From Candidatus Latescibacterota bacterium (GTDB taxonomy: Bacteria; Latescibacterota; UBA2968), in NCBI GenBank assembly GCA_965208125.1, contig OZ242320.1:160001-224000 (forward strand): 64,000 bases of DNA. Direction: 5' to 3'. A program made the position numbers and the translations under genes. The notes beneath the pieces are model-generated. The model worked only from the letters and a program-made list of their open reading frames with translations. It was not told the origin of the DNA and did not search any database. Shown here piece after piece: positions 32,644-42,862 of this stretch (positions are counted from its first letter, which is position 1; every line of letters starts with the position of its first letter).

Positions 32644-33966
32644 ATGAAACGCCACTCTTACATCTTAGCAACTCTCCTGCTCATCTTAGGACTCCCAGAC
32701 CTCGCGCTTGCCGATGGACACGAACTCAACGGCAGTGACACAGCCTGGCTACTCACCTCAACTGCCCTGGTGCTATTTATGACCATCCCCGGCCTCGCCC
32801 TCTTTTACGGCGGCCTCGTACGCGCCAAAAATGTACTCTCCGTCCTCATGCAGTGTTTTGCACTCACCGCAATATTGAGCGTCGTCTGGGTCATCATCGG
32901 CTATAGCCTTGCCTTTAACACCAATGGCATGACAGCAGGTACCACTAATTTCAACTCCTTTATCGGTGGTCTGGGCACTGCGTTCTTGTCCGGTGTGACA
33001 GCCGATAGCCTCTCCGGTACAATTCCGGAAACTGTCTTCATCACCTTTCAAATGACCTTCTTCATCATCACACCTGCGCTCATTGTCGGGGCTTTTGCCG
33101 AACGCATGAAATTTTCAGCCGTACTCCTGTTCTCTGTACTCTGGGGCATTTTTGTTTACGCGCCCATCTGCCACATGACATGGGGTGGTGATGGTTCCTT
33201 CTTTGGCGACATGGGCGTGCTCGACTTTGCAGGTGGACTTGTTGTACACATCAACGCGGGTATCGCAGCACTCGTCGCGTGTATTGTCATTGGCAAACGC
33301 CAGGGCTATCCCGACGCACAAATTTTGCCTCACAGCCTCAGCCTTACGGTCGTTGGCGCATCCATGCTGTGGGTCGGTTGGTTCGGCTTTAATGCCGGAA
33401 GTGCTGTCGCAGCCGACGGAGCCGCAGGCATGGCCATGCTCGTCACGCAGATATCTGCCGCAGTCGCCACCTCCACCTGGATGTTTATCGAATGGATCAA
33501 AAACGGCAAACCCAGTATCCTGGGTGCGGTCACAGGCACCATTGCCGGATTGGGCGCCATTACACCGGCGTCGGGCAGCGTAGGTCCCCTGGGTGCTATT
33601 GTCATCGGCCTTGCTGCCGGCGCTATTTGCTTTTGGGCATCCACCACACTCAAACGCAAATTGGGCTACGACGACTCCCTCGACGTCTTTGGCGTTCACG
33701 GCGTGGGCGGCATTATTGGCACTCTGCTATGTGGTATTTTTGTCGCCAAAAGCTTAGGTGGTCAGGGATTGGCCGAAGGCATGACCATGGGCAGCCAATT
33801 CACCGCGCAACTGATAGCGGTCATTATCACCATCGTCTATTGCGGCGTGGTATCCTTCATCCTGCTCAAAATCGTTGACGCTGCCGTTGGCTTGCGCGTC
33901 TCGCAAGAAGAAGAAACCGGAGGACTCGATATTGCCCTCCACGACGAGCGCGGCTACAATTACTAA
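32644..33966 (+). CDS. amtB: Ammonium transporter, copy 2
   Basis: DFAGGLVVHINAG, WFGFNAGS, DDSLDVFGVHG. Confidence 0.97.
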   Translation: MKRHSYILATLLLILGLPDLALADGHELNGSDTAWLLTSTALVLFMTIPGLALFYGGLVRAKNVLSVLMQCFALTAILSVVWVIIGYSLAFNTNGMTAGTTNFNSFIGGLGTAFLSGVTADSLSGTIPETVFITFQMTFFIITPALIVGAFAERMKFSAVLLFSVLWGIFVYAPICHMTWGGDGSFFGDMGVLDFAGGLVVHINAGIAALVACIVIGKRQGYPDAQILPHSLSLTVVGASMLWVGWFGFNAGSAVAADGAAGMAMLVTQISAAVATSTWMFIEWIKNGKPSILGAVTGTIAGLGAITPASGSVGPLGAIVIGLAAGAICFWASTTLKRKLGYDDSLDVFGVHGVGGIIGTLLCGIFVAKSLGGQGLAEGMTMGSQFTAQLIAVIITIVYCGVVSFILLKIVDAAVGLRVSQEEETGGLDIALHDERGYNY

Positions 33967-33990
33967 TATTCGCTTGACAAAGCGGACAAG

Positions 33991-34023
33991 AAAAAAAGCG
34001 GGCACATTGTACCCGCTTTTTTT
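33991..34023 (+). terminator. Intrinsic terminator after amtB2
   Basis: AAAGCGGGCAC/GTACCCGCTTT + T-run; resembles amtB1 terminator. Confidence 0.8.
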
Positions 34024-34098
34024 CTTGTTGCAATTATTTTCCAGACACCTTTATTTCTCACCGACAACCGTCGTAATACACCACAGAAAGGAACAAAG

Positions 34099-35058
34099 AT
34101 GAAAATTGTTTTACACCCCCCTGTCGATGAATACCTTTGTCAACAAGTGCGAGACACGGCTCCCAACGCCGAAGTTGTCATGGCAGATAATCACAATGTT
34201 ATTGAGGCTGTTGCAGATGCCGAAATTATATTTGGAAATTTTTCGCCTGAAATTGTCAGTGCAGCCCCCAATCTCAAATGGATTCAATCCACCAGTGCTG
34301 GCATGGACAAAGCCCTGATCCCCGAAGTCGCCAACAGCGACATCACAATATGCAATGCCAGCGGCGTCCATGCCGTTCAGGTCGCCGAACACGCCTGGGC
34401 ACTCACCACTGCCCTCACCCGCGGGCTACACGTTTCTTTTCGCCATCAACTCGACCATGCCTGGACGCGCCCACCACTCGCCGACTTATTGGAAGCCACC
34501 ATTCTCATCGTCGGATTTGGCGGCATTGGCCAATACTACGCACAACTCGCCCAGGGCTATGACGCGCGTCTGATTGCGCTGGATATCCAGGGCGGCGACA
34601 AACCCGATTACGTCGAAGCGATCTGGGACATGGACCGTCTGGATGAAGGTCTGCAAATAGCCGATGTCGTATTTATCGCCGTGCCGTACACACCCGAAAC
34701 CGAAAAACTCATCAATGCCCACACCCTGAGCCTGATGAAAAATACCGCCTTTCTGGTCAACACCGCACGCGGTCCCATCGTCGATGAAGCCGCTTTGGCC
34801 GAGGGCCTCAAAAACGGCGAAATCGCCGGCGCTGGCCTGGACGTATTTGAAAAAGAGCCCCTATCTCCCGACAGCCCGCTCTGGGACATGGAAAATGTCA
34901 TTATCACGCCACACGCTGCTGGTGGGTCACCCAATCGGCACAACCGAACCATTGGATTCTTCTGCCAAAACCTGAAACGCTATCAGGCTGGCGAGCCGCT
35001 CTTTAACGAAGTTGACAAATCCCTCGGATATCCAAAACGGGAACGGCGCGTCAAATGA
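34099..35058 (+). CDS. D-2-hydroxyacid dehydrogenase
   Basis: GFGGIG, NTARG, LDVFEKEP, TPHAAG. Confidence 0.92.
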   Translation: MKIVLHPPVDEYLCQQVRDTAPNAEVVMADNHNVIEAVADAEIIFGNFSPEIVSAAPNLKWIQSTSAGMDKALIPEVANSDITICNASGVHAVQVAEHAWALTTALTRGLHVSFRHQLDHAWTRPPLADLLEATILIVGFGGIGQYYAQLAQGYDARLIALDIQGGDKPDYVEAIWDMDRLDEGLQIADVVFIAVPYTPETEKLINAHTLSLMKNTAFLVNTARGPIVDEAALAEGLKNGEIAGAGLDVFEKEPLSPDSPLWDMENVIITPHAAGGSPNRHNRTIGFFCQNLKRYQAGEPLFNEVDKSLGYPKRERRVK

Positions 35059-36653
35059 AAAAACCCAATATCATCGTCATTCTCGTAGATGACATGGGCT
35101 ATTCGGATATCGGTTCTTATGGTGGCGAGATTCGGACGCCCAACCTGGATCGCCTATCGGCAAATGGCCTGCGATTCACGCAAAGTTACAACTCTGCCCG
35201 CTGTTGTCCTTCGCGGGCTTCTCTGCTCACAGGGCTTTATTCCCATCAGGCTGGAATCGCCAATTTTACGGGACCTGATCGAACCGCCGAATTGGGGCCA
35301 GCCTATTTGGGCAGACTAAACAACAACTGCGTGACATTAGCAGAAGTCCTCAAAACCGTGGGCTACAGCACATATGGTGTTGGAAAATGGCACGTTGGCG
35401 ATCAAGTTAACCCCACAGACCGGGGATTTGACGAATACTACGGATTCATCAAAGGCCACAGCGCCCCGCAATGGGATCCGTCTTACTATCATCGCTATCC
35501 CGAATCTCGAACACCCGAACTTTCTTTTGCCGACGATGCATTCTACGCAACAGAAGCATTCAATGATTACGCCGTAGAATTTATCGATCAAGCGCAACAA
35601 AAAGACAATCCCTGGCTCCTGTACTTCGCTCACTCGGCTCCGCATTTTCCCTTACATGCCCCGGCGGAAACCCGCGATTCATATCTCGATATTTACCGCC
35701 GAGGTTGGGATGTATTGCGCCGTGAACGCTACGCGCGCCAGCAAGAATCCGGCCTGGCAACGGAGAACTGGCAATTCACACCGCGCTCACTTGTCCCCAT
35801 TGAAGAAAATGATGCCATCGCAAATGGGTATAGCGGCAAACAGAATCCCGCGTGGGAGGATCTCCCCCAGAACCGCAGGGAGGACCTCGCCTACCGCATG
35901 GCGGTCTTTGCGGCCATGATCGAGCATATCGATCGCGGCATTGGCAGAATTATTGATCGTCTGGAAGAAACAAGAGAACTGGACAACACACTCATTCTAT
36001 TTACAAGCGACAACGGCGCGTGTTACGAATGGGGACCTTTTGGATTTGACGAACGCAGCAGATTGGGCGTCACCCATCTCCACACGGGCGAGGAACTCAA
36101 AAAAATTGGTGGACCGGACACCTATCACTCCGTGGGCAGCGCGTGGTCGTGCCTGAGCAATACCCCGTTGCACATGTACAAACACTACAACCACGAAGGC
36201 GGAAATTGCAGCCCATTTATCGCCCATTGGCCCGAAGGGATTGTGCAACCCGACCGCTGGGTTCGCACCCCCATGCATCTGTTTGACATCATGCCGACTA
36301 TATGCGAAATTACCGGAGCCGAATATCCCAAAACGCACAATAGAGAACGCATTCACCCGCAAGAAGGGACGAGCCTCGTACCCCTATTCAACGCACAAAA
36401 CCTGCCCGAACGCAGCCTGTGCTTCGATCACTTTGAAGCCAGTGCCATACGCAGGGGAAAATGGAAATTGCTGAAGGGCAATACCCGATATCCCAACAAA
36501 GATTGGGAACTCTACGACATGGAAAAAGACCGCTGTGAAACCAGCGATCTATCAGCAGAACATCCCGAATTGGTAAAATTGCTCGAGCGAGAATGGACCG
36601 AATGGGCCGTGCGGGTTAAGGTACATCCCTACCATCAAGAAGTGGCAAAATGA
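35055..36653 (+). CDS. Arylsulfatase (Cys-type)
   Basis: PNIIVILVDDMG, CCPSRASLLTG, GKWH, APHFPLH, SDNG. Confidence 0.95.
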   Translation: MKKPNIIVILVDDMGYSDIGSYGGEIRTPNLDRLSANGLRFTQSYNSARCCPSRASLLTGLYSHQAGIANFTGPDRTAELGPAYLGRLNNNCVTLAEVLKTVGYSTYGVGKWHVGDQVNPTDRGFDEYYGFIKGHSAPQWDPSYYHRYPESRTPELSFADDAFYATEAFNDYAVEFIDQAQQKDNPWLLYFAHSAPHFPLHAPAETRDSYLDIYRRGWDVLRRERYARQQESGLATENWQFTPRSLVPIEENDAIANGYSGKQNPAWEDLPQNRREDLAYRMAVFAAMIEHIDRGIGRIIDRLEETRELDNTLILFTSDNGACYEWGPFGFDERSRLGVTHLHTGEELKKIGGPDTYHSVGSAWSCLSNTPLHMYKHYNHEGGNCSPFIAHWPEGIVQPDRWVRTPMHLFDIMPTICEITGAEYPKTHNRERIHPQEGTSLVPLFNAQNLPERSLCFDHFEASAIRRGKWKLLKGNTRYPNKDWELYDMEKDRCETSDLSAEHPELVKLLEREWTEWAVRVKVHPYHQEVAK

Positions 36654-36663
36654 GCATCTTCCA

Positions 36664-37710
36664 TCACCTCACTTTTTCAACAAACGGCCACATAAGATCG
36701 CTGTAGAAGCGGTGACCTGCGGCACCGTAGTGGTGTTCGACATGATCGGGCACACCAGCGACCTCGTAGAGACGCGCGATACCTTTGACCGCGCGATCAA
36801 CTTCGGGCACAGGGAATAGCGTATCCTGTTTCCCATTGACAATACAGAGATGGCGCGGGGCAATAAGACCCGTAACATCCCAGATCTCGCCAAAGCGCAA
36901 AATGCCGGGCACCGCATTGCAATCGCAATGGTGAATCAAACCGCTGGTGCCCACAAGCGTACAAAAAGAGCAACTCGGCACGGCAATAGTAATGCGGGGA
37001 TCAACCGCGGCGGCATAACAGGTAATCACCCCACCGCCCGAGTTGCCCATAACCAGAATCGTAGAAGTATCAATTTCGGGAATATCCTGTGCCCAGTCAA
37101 TAAGACGCATCACATCCCACACGCGCTCACCTGTCGCAGTGCGCCCGGCGAGCAAAGCGTGCATAAACTGGCTGCGGCAATCGCGGTTGCCGTGGCGCTT
37201 GTTAATATCGGGAATAGCCGTAGTACTCGTACCGCGGGCAGCGGGCGCAATAGCAGCAAACCCGCGCTTGACCGCCTGAACAGCAACATCGCGGTCTTCG
37301 GCCTCGATCTTCTTGCGGTGACCGTCATCGCGCGCTTTGCCAATATACGTATCCATGCCATATTTGTCGTGCCCGTGTGGCAAAACAGCGAGCGGAAAAG
37401 GACCATCTCCCCTGGGTTTGAGATACCAGAACGGCAAACCAAAACGCGGTTCGGTAGTGATAACACCGGGTTGCAACGTATAATCGCCCATATCTTGCGC
37501 TGCACCGAGTTGCACCTGAATCGTGTGATTGCCCAGAGACGCACCAATACTTTCAAGACCCAGCATGTGCTGAAGCACCGGGCGCGCCTCATCTTGCCAT
37601 TGCAGAAAAGATTCGCGATCAGTTGCTCGACACGCGACATAGCGCAATTCGTCGGTATAAAGATAGTCGAGATAAGTGCGAACAGCACCGCTGTGTTCGG
37701 GATGTTCCAT
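36664..37710 (-). CDS. Alpha/beta hydrolase (acetyl-xylan-esterase/dienelactone-hydrolase-like)
   Basis: PHGH, GNSGGG nucleophile elbow, D (GKQD), GHRF. Confidence 0.82.
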   Translation of the reverse strand: MEHPEHSGAVRTYLDYLYTDELRYVACRATDRESFLQWQDEARPVLQHMLGLESIGASLGNHTIQVQLGAAQDMGDYTLQPGVITTEPRFGLPFWYLKPRGDGPFPLAVLPHGHDKYGMDTYIGKARDDGHRKKIEAEDRDVAVQAVKRGFAAIAPAARGTSTTAIPDINKRHGNRDCRSQFMHALLAGRTATGERVWDVMRLIDWAQDIPEIDTSTILVMGNSGGGVITCYAAAVDPRITIAVPSCSFCTLVGTSGLIHHCDCNAVPGILRFGEIWDVTGLIAPRHLCIVNGKQDTLFPVPEVDRAVKGIARLYEVAGVPDHVEHHYGAAGHRFYSDLMWPFVEKVR

Positions 37711-37735
37711 ATTGAATACCTTTCAAGGAAAAAAA

Positions 37736-38500
37736 ATGGCAGATACACTGCGAGAAGTACTGGATTTTGCAACAGATGCCGCCTGGCAAGCTGGGCGGAT
37801 CACGCTGCAGTATTTTCAGACCGGCGTCGAAGTAGAGGAAAAGGCGGACGAGTCACCTGTAACAGCCGCGGACAGGGGAGCCGAGACAAAATTGCGGGAA
37901 TTGATTGAAGCGCGTTTTCCCAACGACGGCATTGTGGGAGAAGAGCACGGAAACAAAAAAGGAACAACCGGTCGGCAGTGGATTTTAGACCCCATCGACG
38001 GCACAAAATCATTCATACAGGGCGTCCCCCTCTACGGGGTAATGGTCGGCGTAGAAATAGAAGGTGAACCTGCTGTTGGCGTGGTTAATTTTCCGGCGTT
38101 GAATGAGATGATCTGCGCTGCTAAGGGATTGGGGTGTACGTGGAATGGCCGCCCCGCGCGGGTGTCTGATGTACCGAATATTCAGAACGCAACCGTGATT
38201 TTGACCGATTTCGTAAATGGGCATAAGCGAGGTGAAGCCATTGACCGGATCTGCTCACGCGCCAAACTCGTGCGCGGCTGGGGCGATTGTTATGGTCACA
38301 TGCTCGTCGCAACCGGGCGTGCAGAAGTCATGCTCGATCCCATTATGAGCGTATGGGATTGCGCCGCCCTCGCGCCCATCCTGAAAGAAGCGGGCGGCAC
38401 ATTCACGACGTGGAGCGGCGAGGCAACGATTTGGGGCAACGAGGCCGTAAGTACAAACGGGGCATTATTTGAAGAAGTAATGCAATTGATAAAAGGATGA
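37736..38500 (+). CDS. hisN: Histidinol-phosphatase, inositol monophosphatase family
   Basis: SPVTAAD, GEE, WILDPIDGTKSF, RGWGDCYG, WDCAA. Confidence 0.78.
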   Translation: MADTLREVLDFATDAAWQAGRITLQYFQTGVEVEEKADESPVTAADRGAETKLRELIEARFPNDGIVGEEHGNKKGTTGRQWILDPIDGTKSFIQGVPLYGVMVGVEIEGEPAVGVVNFPALNEMICAAKGLGCTWNGRPARVSDVPNIQNATVILTDFVNGHKRGEAIDRICSRAKLVRGWGDCYGHMLVATGRAEVMLDPIMSVWDCAALAPILKEAGGTFTTWSGEATIWGNEAVSTNGALFEEVMQLIKG

Positions 38501-38501
38501 T

Positions 38502-39704
38502 TTACCCCGCAAATATCGAGCGATTTGATATGCCGCAGATATAATCTTCGCGCATGAATCCGGGAACAAATTGGGCGGTTCGGCCAGAAGGCGCGACACC
38601 TGTATAATAGCCCGAGAATTGTTCATTGAAAGTAGTCAAACGATCGCGCGACGCCTCACTACTCTCCGCAGCCACAATGTACGCATTGTTAAAAACCCCA
38701 TTTTCTTTCAACCCCGCCGCGCCACCTGCTGCCACGATATGCCCATCAATCGTATTGAGAATAGCGTCTGCATCATCGCCGCCAACACCGCTCACGAGCA
38801 CCTCGGATATCCCCTGTCGCCGGATGGCCGTCCAGGTACTGAAACCATCTACAATCTCCCCCGAGCGATCAATAGCGACATCACCAGTAACACAGCGCGG
38901 TTGGGGTTCAACAATACCATCAAGATTGGGAATGCGCGAAACCGGATAAATTCTACCGGCGGGGCGGTTGTCGCCAAAATAATCGGCAATCACTTCGCGC
39001 ACGGTTTCAATACGCGTCCAGGTTGCCGAAGGATCGTCGTCAATCGCCACGAGCACCTCGAGATGCGCGGTTTGCGTCTTGAAATCCACATTGTCAGCCG
39101 CGAGCTTTTTTTCGTACTGTTCTACGAGCACAAATTCCATCTCTTGTTTGAGATCATCGCCGAGTGTCGTAACAGTATTGCCCTCAGCATCGGTGTGCAT
39201 CACCGACGCACCACTGGGCTGGTGATCGGTCCACGCACCGTATTCGATCTTCCCATGGCCAAAGGAAATATCCTCCCCCTTAACAGCTTTAATTTCCACC
39301 TCAAAAAGCGCTACTGGATCTGGAAACCCTTCTCCATGGGTAAAACGCGCCATGCGATTGGATTTGAGTTCGCAACCCGTCACAGCATCAATCATAGGGC
39401 CATATACAGCATTAAACACATCTCGATATGCCTCACAGTCGTCACGGCTATCAGATGGCGTCGTCCACAAAACATCGGTTTTGTACACATCGCCCCAGTT
39501 CGCGCCCGCGCGTGCAAGGCCCAAACTCAGGTTCTCAATGGTACCAAACCACTCTGACCCGAGTTCATTGGGATACTGCGTACCCACATTGCCGCTGGGT
39601 TCTACGAGACGCACGACCTGACCGTCGTCATAAGTCATAACAACTTCGGCTGTGCTACAAAAAATGGGAATGGGCTTGTGACGGATAATATTGACGCTTG
39701 CCAT
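38502..39704 (-). CDS. Hypothetical protein with three apparent Rid/YjgF-like domains
   Basis: ENLSLGLARAGANWGDVYK...FNAVY...EVEIKA; ADYFGDNRPAG; FNEQFSGYYTGVAPSGRTA. Confidence 0.55.
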   Translation of the reverse strand: MASVNIIRHKPIPIFCSTAEVVMTYDDGQVVRLVEPSGNVGTQYPNELGSEWFGTIENLSLGLARAGANWGDVYKTDVLWTTPSDSRDDCEAYRDVFNAVYGPMIDAVTGCELKSNRMARFTHGEGFPDPVALFEVEIKAVKGEDISFGHGKIEYGAWTDHQPSGASVMHTDAEGNTVTTLGDDLKQEMEFVLVEQYEKKLAADNVDFKTQTAHLEVLVAIDDDPSATWTRIETVREVIADYFGDNRPAGRIYPVSRIPNLDGIVEPQPRCVTGDVAIDRSGEIVDGFSTWTAIRRQGISEVLVSGVGGDDADAILNTIDGHIVAAGGAAGLKENGVFNNAYIVAAESSEASRDRLTTFNEQFSGYYTGVAPSGRTAQFVPGFMREDYICGISNRSIFAG

Positions 39705-39793
39705 AGTGAAAAATCCTTTGTGTTGGGGTTACCAGAAATTCGGTTTTCTAAAAGATAGAGCCTGAAATACGCAATGTCAATGCGCGGGGATGA

Positions 39794-40546
39794 TCAGCTA
39801 CCTTTGGATTGAAAAAACGCCCGCGCGTCGGCGAGAGATTCGCGGTTGCCAATATCGAGAACACCGCCTTCAATATCGTAAGCATAAACGGTTTCGCATG
39901 TGTGCAACCACTCCAAAAAATGCCCGGGCGCATCGGGATTGCCTCCATTGGCGATATATTCTTTAAAACGGGGCAGTATCGACGCCGGATAAATATAAAC
40001 CGGCGATGCCGACCACTCGGAAATGGGCCTATCGGGTTTTTCAATAAATTGTACAACCCGATTATCTTCGTCTAATAGAACATTGCCCCGGCGCTTGCGA
40101 TCATCGTAGTCAGAATTGTGGCGCACGGCAATATGGGAGACGGGATTGGATTTAAATATATTGACCAATTTTTGAAGAGAAAACAGCAGAATATTATCAG
40201 CAGCGAGAATGAGAACATCATCGGTAATATCGCGTGCTTCAATAGCAAACTGGATATCGCCCACAGCCCCCAAACGATTGTCATTAGAGGTCGTACCATC
40301 GTCGAGTATCTCAGTCTCCACCCCGGTCTTTATCGCTCTATTTGCACGCGCCCAATCGGCAAAGTGCCCGTAAAATCGGCGATTGGTCACCACATAAGTA
40401 CCATCGATGTCTGAAATATTTTTAAGCTGATTAACGAGATGATCGAGAATAGTCCTGCCCCCCACTTTGAGCAGAGGCTTGGGAAAGTTTTGGGTAAGAG
40501 GATACAGCCGCGTGGCATATCCCGCCGCGAGAATAATAGCTTTCAC
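39794..40546 (-). CDS. Sugar-phosphate nucleotidyltransferase
   Basis: KAIILAAGYATRLYPLT..FPKPLL, FIEKP, DIGN; GTGA overlap with upstream kinase. Confidence 0.9.
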   Translation of the reverse strand: MKAIILAAGYATRLYPLTQNFPKPLLKVGGRTILDHLVNQLKNISDIDGTYVVTNRRFYGHFADWARANRAIKTGVETEILDDGTTSNDNRLGAVGDIQFAIEARDITDDVLILAADNILLFSLQKLVNIFKSNPVSHIAVRHNSDYDDRKRRGNVLLDEDNRVVQFIEKPDRPISEWSASPVYIYPASILPRFKEYIANGGNPDAPGHFLEWLHTCETVYAYDIEGGVLDIGNRESLADARAFFQSKGS

Positions 40547-41724
40547 AGAATCCTGGCTCCATTGTCGGGTTGACAAATAAAAACCGGGGCATTTTTTGAT
40601 AAATCGGGATATTTGACGCAATAAGCCGATTGAATCTGTTCAATCGCCGCACTGGATTTTTGGGGATTGACCAGTGCAACACAACAACCCCGAAAACCGG
40701 CGCCGCTAAATCTGGCGCCGTAAACCCCATCGGTTTCAATGAGAATATGGTAGAGATCAATGAGAGGTTCGCTACCACATTCGTAATTATCAATAGAACT
40801 GCGGCCCGATTCGGCGATCAGCCCGCCAAAAGTCTTAAGGTCGCCTGCGCGCCAGGCATCAATACCCATAAGCACGCGCTCAGATTCCGTAAAAAAGTGT
40901 CTGGCGCGTTTGGCAAGGGCACCGTTCAACAAGTGTTTGTGTATTTCGTATTCTTCAAAGGCAATATTGCCGAGCAGTGGTTCTCGATCGGAACGCCCCA
41001 CGGCATCGAGCAATATCCGCGCTGCGCGGGCGCATTCATCTACCCGCGTGTTATACCCCGTCGAAACCAGCGCCTCGCGCAAGCCCGATTGGGCAATCAG
41101 AATATCAAAATCTGGCATCGCGTTGGACCGGGGAATCAATTCGTGCGTGGCCGACGCGCAATCGATCACTGTGAGAAAGCCCTCTTGCGATAACAGGATC
41201 GCCGATTGATCCAGAATGCCATTTTTGAGACCGAGGTAGCCATTTTCAATCGACTGATCGAGCCGAATATTATCTGCGGGCGATAGGGACATATCGTTGG
41301 CATATTCATAAGCGAGCAAATACGCCACGCCAATAGCCGCTGATGAACTCAAACCCCCTTCGTTCATCCTGCCCGCTGTAAGTCCCGTAATCCCGCGTGT
41401 GAGTTTATGGCCCTCTTGCTGCAATGCGCGCACTGCGCCGCGCGGGAAATTGCCCCAATCCCCATCTATTTTATTGGGTACATCGCCCAGTGCAAACGAA
41501 ACTTCGCCCTCAAAAGTAAGACTCTGGAGATGCGTATTTCCATCGCCCGATGGCGCGAAAGCGAGGTACACAGCCTGATCAATAGCCATAGCCGTAACCT
41601 GCCCGAGCTGGTGATCAATATGCGCGCCGAGCGGACATATCCGATAAGGCGATCGCACAACGCGCACATCGGCAGGCGCAACACCAAATCGGCGATTCAT
41701 TTCTGTTTTGAGTAGATCTATCAT
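40543..41724 (-). CDS. GHMP sugar kinase resembling plant galacturonokinase
   Basis: SPYRICPLGAHIDHQ, GLSSSAA, NGILDQSAILLS, GARFSGAGFRGC. Confidence 0.82.
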   Translation of the reverse strand: MIDLLKTEMNRRFGVAPADVRVVRSPYRICPLGAHIDHQLGQVTAMAIDQAVYLAFAPSGDGNTHLQSLTFEGEVSFALGDVPNKIDGDWGNFPRGAVRALQQEGHKLTRGITGLTAGRMNEGGLSSSAAIGVAYLLAYEYANDMSLSPADNIRLDQSIENGYLGLKNGILDQSAILLSQEGFLTVIDCASATHELIPRSNAMPDFDILIAQSGLREALVSTGYNTRVDECARAARILLDAVGRSDREPLLGNIAFEEYEIHKHLLNGALAKRARHFFTESERVLMGIDAWRAGDLKTFGGLIAESGRSSIDNYECGSEPLIDLYHILIETDGVYGARFSGAGFRGCCVALVNPQKSSAAIEQIQSAYCVKYPDLSKNAPVFICQPDNGARIL

Positions 41725-41785
41725 GAGTAGTCAGGTGTTAGCAGTCAGCGACCAACAACGTTACCAAAAAAGGAGAACAACCGCA

Positions 41786-42814
41786 ATGCCACAAATCAAA
41801 ATAGGCAAAGGTATTGGCGATATTTCGGAGCAAACACTGCGATTTTATCGGCAAATTGGGGTCGATGCGGTAGTGATGCCAACGCGATGGCGCACAGAAC
41901 CGGGAACTGGCGAACGCAAACTGGTACCGCCGACGCAGATGGGACCAAAAGGCGCGCAGGGAGGGATATGGGATGAGCGGGAATTACAACGCATCAAAGC
42001 GAGAATCGAATTGTATGACCTGACCCCTCTAATCGCGGGATTGGGTATTTCAGGACGCGTATTAATGGGACAACCGGGCAGAGAGGACGATCTGAAAATT
42101 ATAAAAGCCAATATCGAAATCGCAGGGCGGCTGGGACTTCGGGCATTGAACTACAGTTTCACAGCCCTCAGAGCCTCAGAAGGATATGCGGCGCAGCGAG
42201 GTGCGGGACGCGGCGGCGCAGATCTGCGAGATTTTGACAACGAGCGGATATCCCATCTCCCACCGCTCAATTCAATCGGTCGAATTGGGATGATTGAAAT
42301 GTGGGATAATCTGACCTATTTTTTGGAAAACGCGATTCCAACGGCGGAAAAAGCGGGTGTACAATTGGCCGCACATCCCAATGATCCACCGGTTCCAGAA
42401 TATCGCGGCGTTGCCCAACCCCTGGGCGATATTGAGGGCATGCAACGGCTGATCGAAGTGATAGACAGCCCATCAAATTGCATTTTTTACGACACGGGCG
42501 TAATGACGGAAAAAGGCGCAGATGCCGTCGAAATGATTCGCTATTTTGGATGGCGGAATCGCATTGGAACTGTACATTTCCGAAATGTGAAAGTGGAAAT
42601 ACCTCGATTTAAGTATATCGAGACCTTTCACGATGACGGCGAATGCGATATGTTTGCCTGCATTCAGGCATTTCAAGAGGTTGGTTACAACGGAATGATT
42701 GATCCCGACCACACGCCGGGCATCCTGGGCGATACGCCAGATACGCGCATTGGCTGGGCGTATGCTATTGGTCAAATGGTGGCAATGCGAAATGCCGTAG
42801 AAAAAAACAAATAA
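41786..42814 (+). CDS. Mannonate dehydratase (UxuA)-like protein
   Basis: HPNDPP, VHFRNV, ETFHDDG, PDHTP, AYAIG. Confidence 0.85.
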   Translation: MPQIKIGKGIGDISEQTLRFYRQIGVDAVVMPTRWRTEPGTGERKLVPPTQMGPKGAQGGIWDERELQRIKARIELYDLTPLIAGLGISGRVLMGQPGREDDLKIIKANIEIAGRLGLRALNYSFTALRASEGYAAQRGAGRGGADLRDFDNERISHLPPLNSIGRIGMIEMWDNLTYFLENAIPTAEKAGVQLAAHPNDPPVPEYRGVAQPLGDIEGMQRLIEVIDSPSNCIFYDTGVMTEKGADAVEMIRYFGWRNRIGTVHFRNVKVEIPRFKYIETFHDDGECDMFACIQAFQEVGYNGMIDPDHTPGILGDTPDTRIGWAYAIGQMVAMRNAVEKNK

Positions 42815-42845
42815 AAAAGCCCCAACGCTTTTCCGCGTTGGGGCT
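42813..42845. terminator. Intrinsic terminator between convergent genes
   Basis: AGCCCCAACGC/GCGTTGGGGCT; T-run on - strand. Confidence 0.75.
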
Positions 42846-42862
42846 GCATGTGATATTGTGTG

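Noticed and set aside
36850-39557. Long antisense ORFs (36850-37908, 38571-39557 and similar elsewhere)
   Set aside because: Shadow frames of well-supported opposite-strand genes; no motifs or RBS
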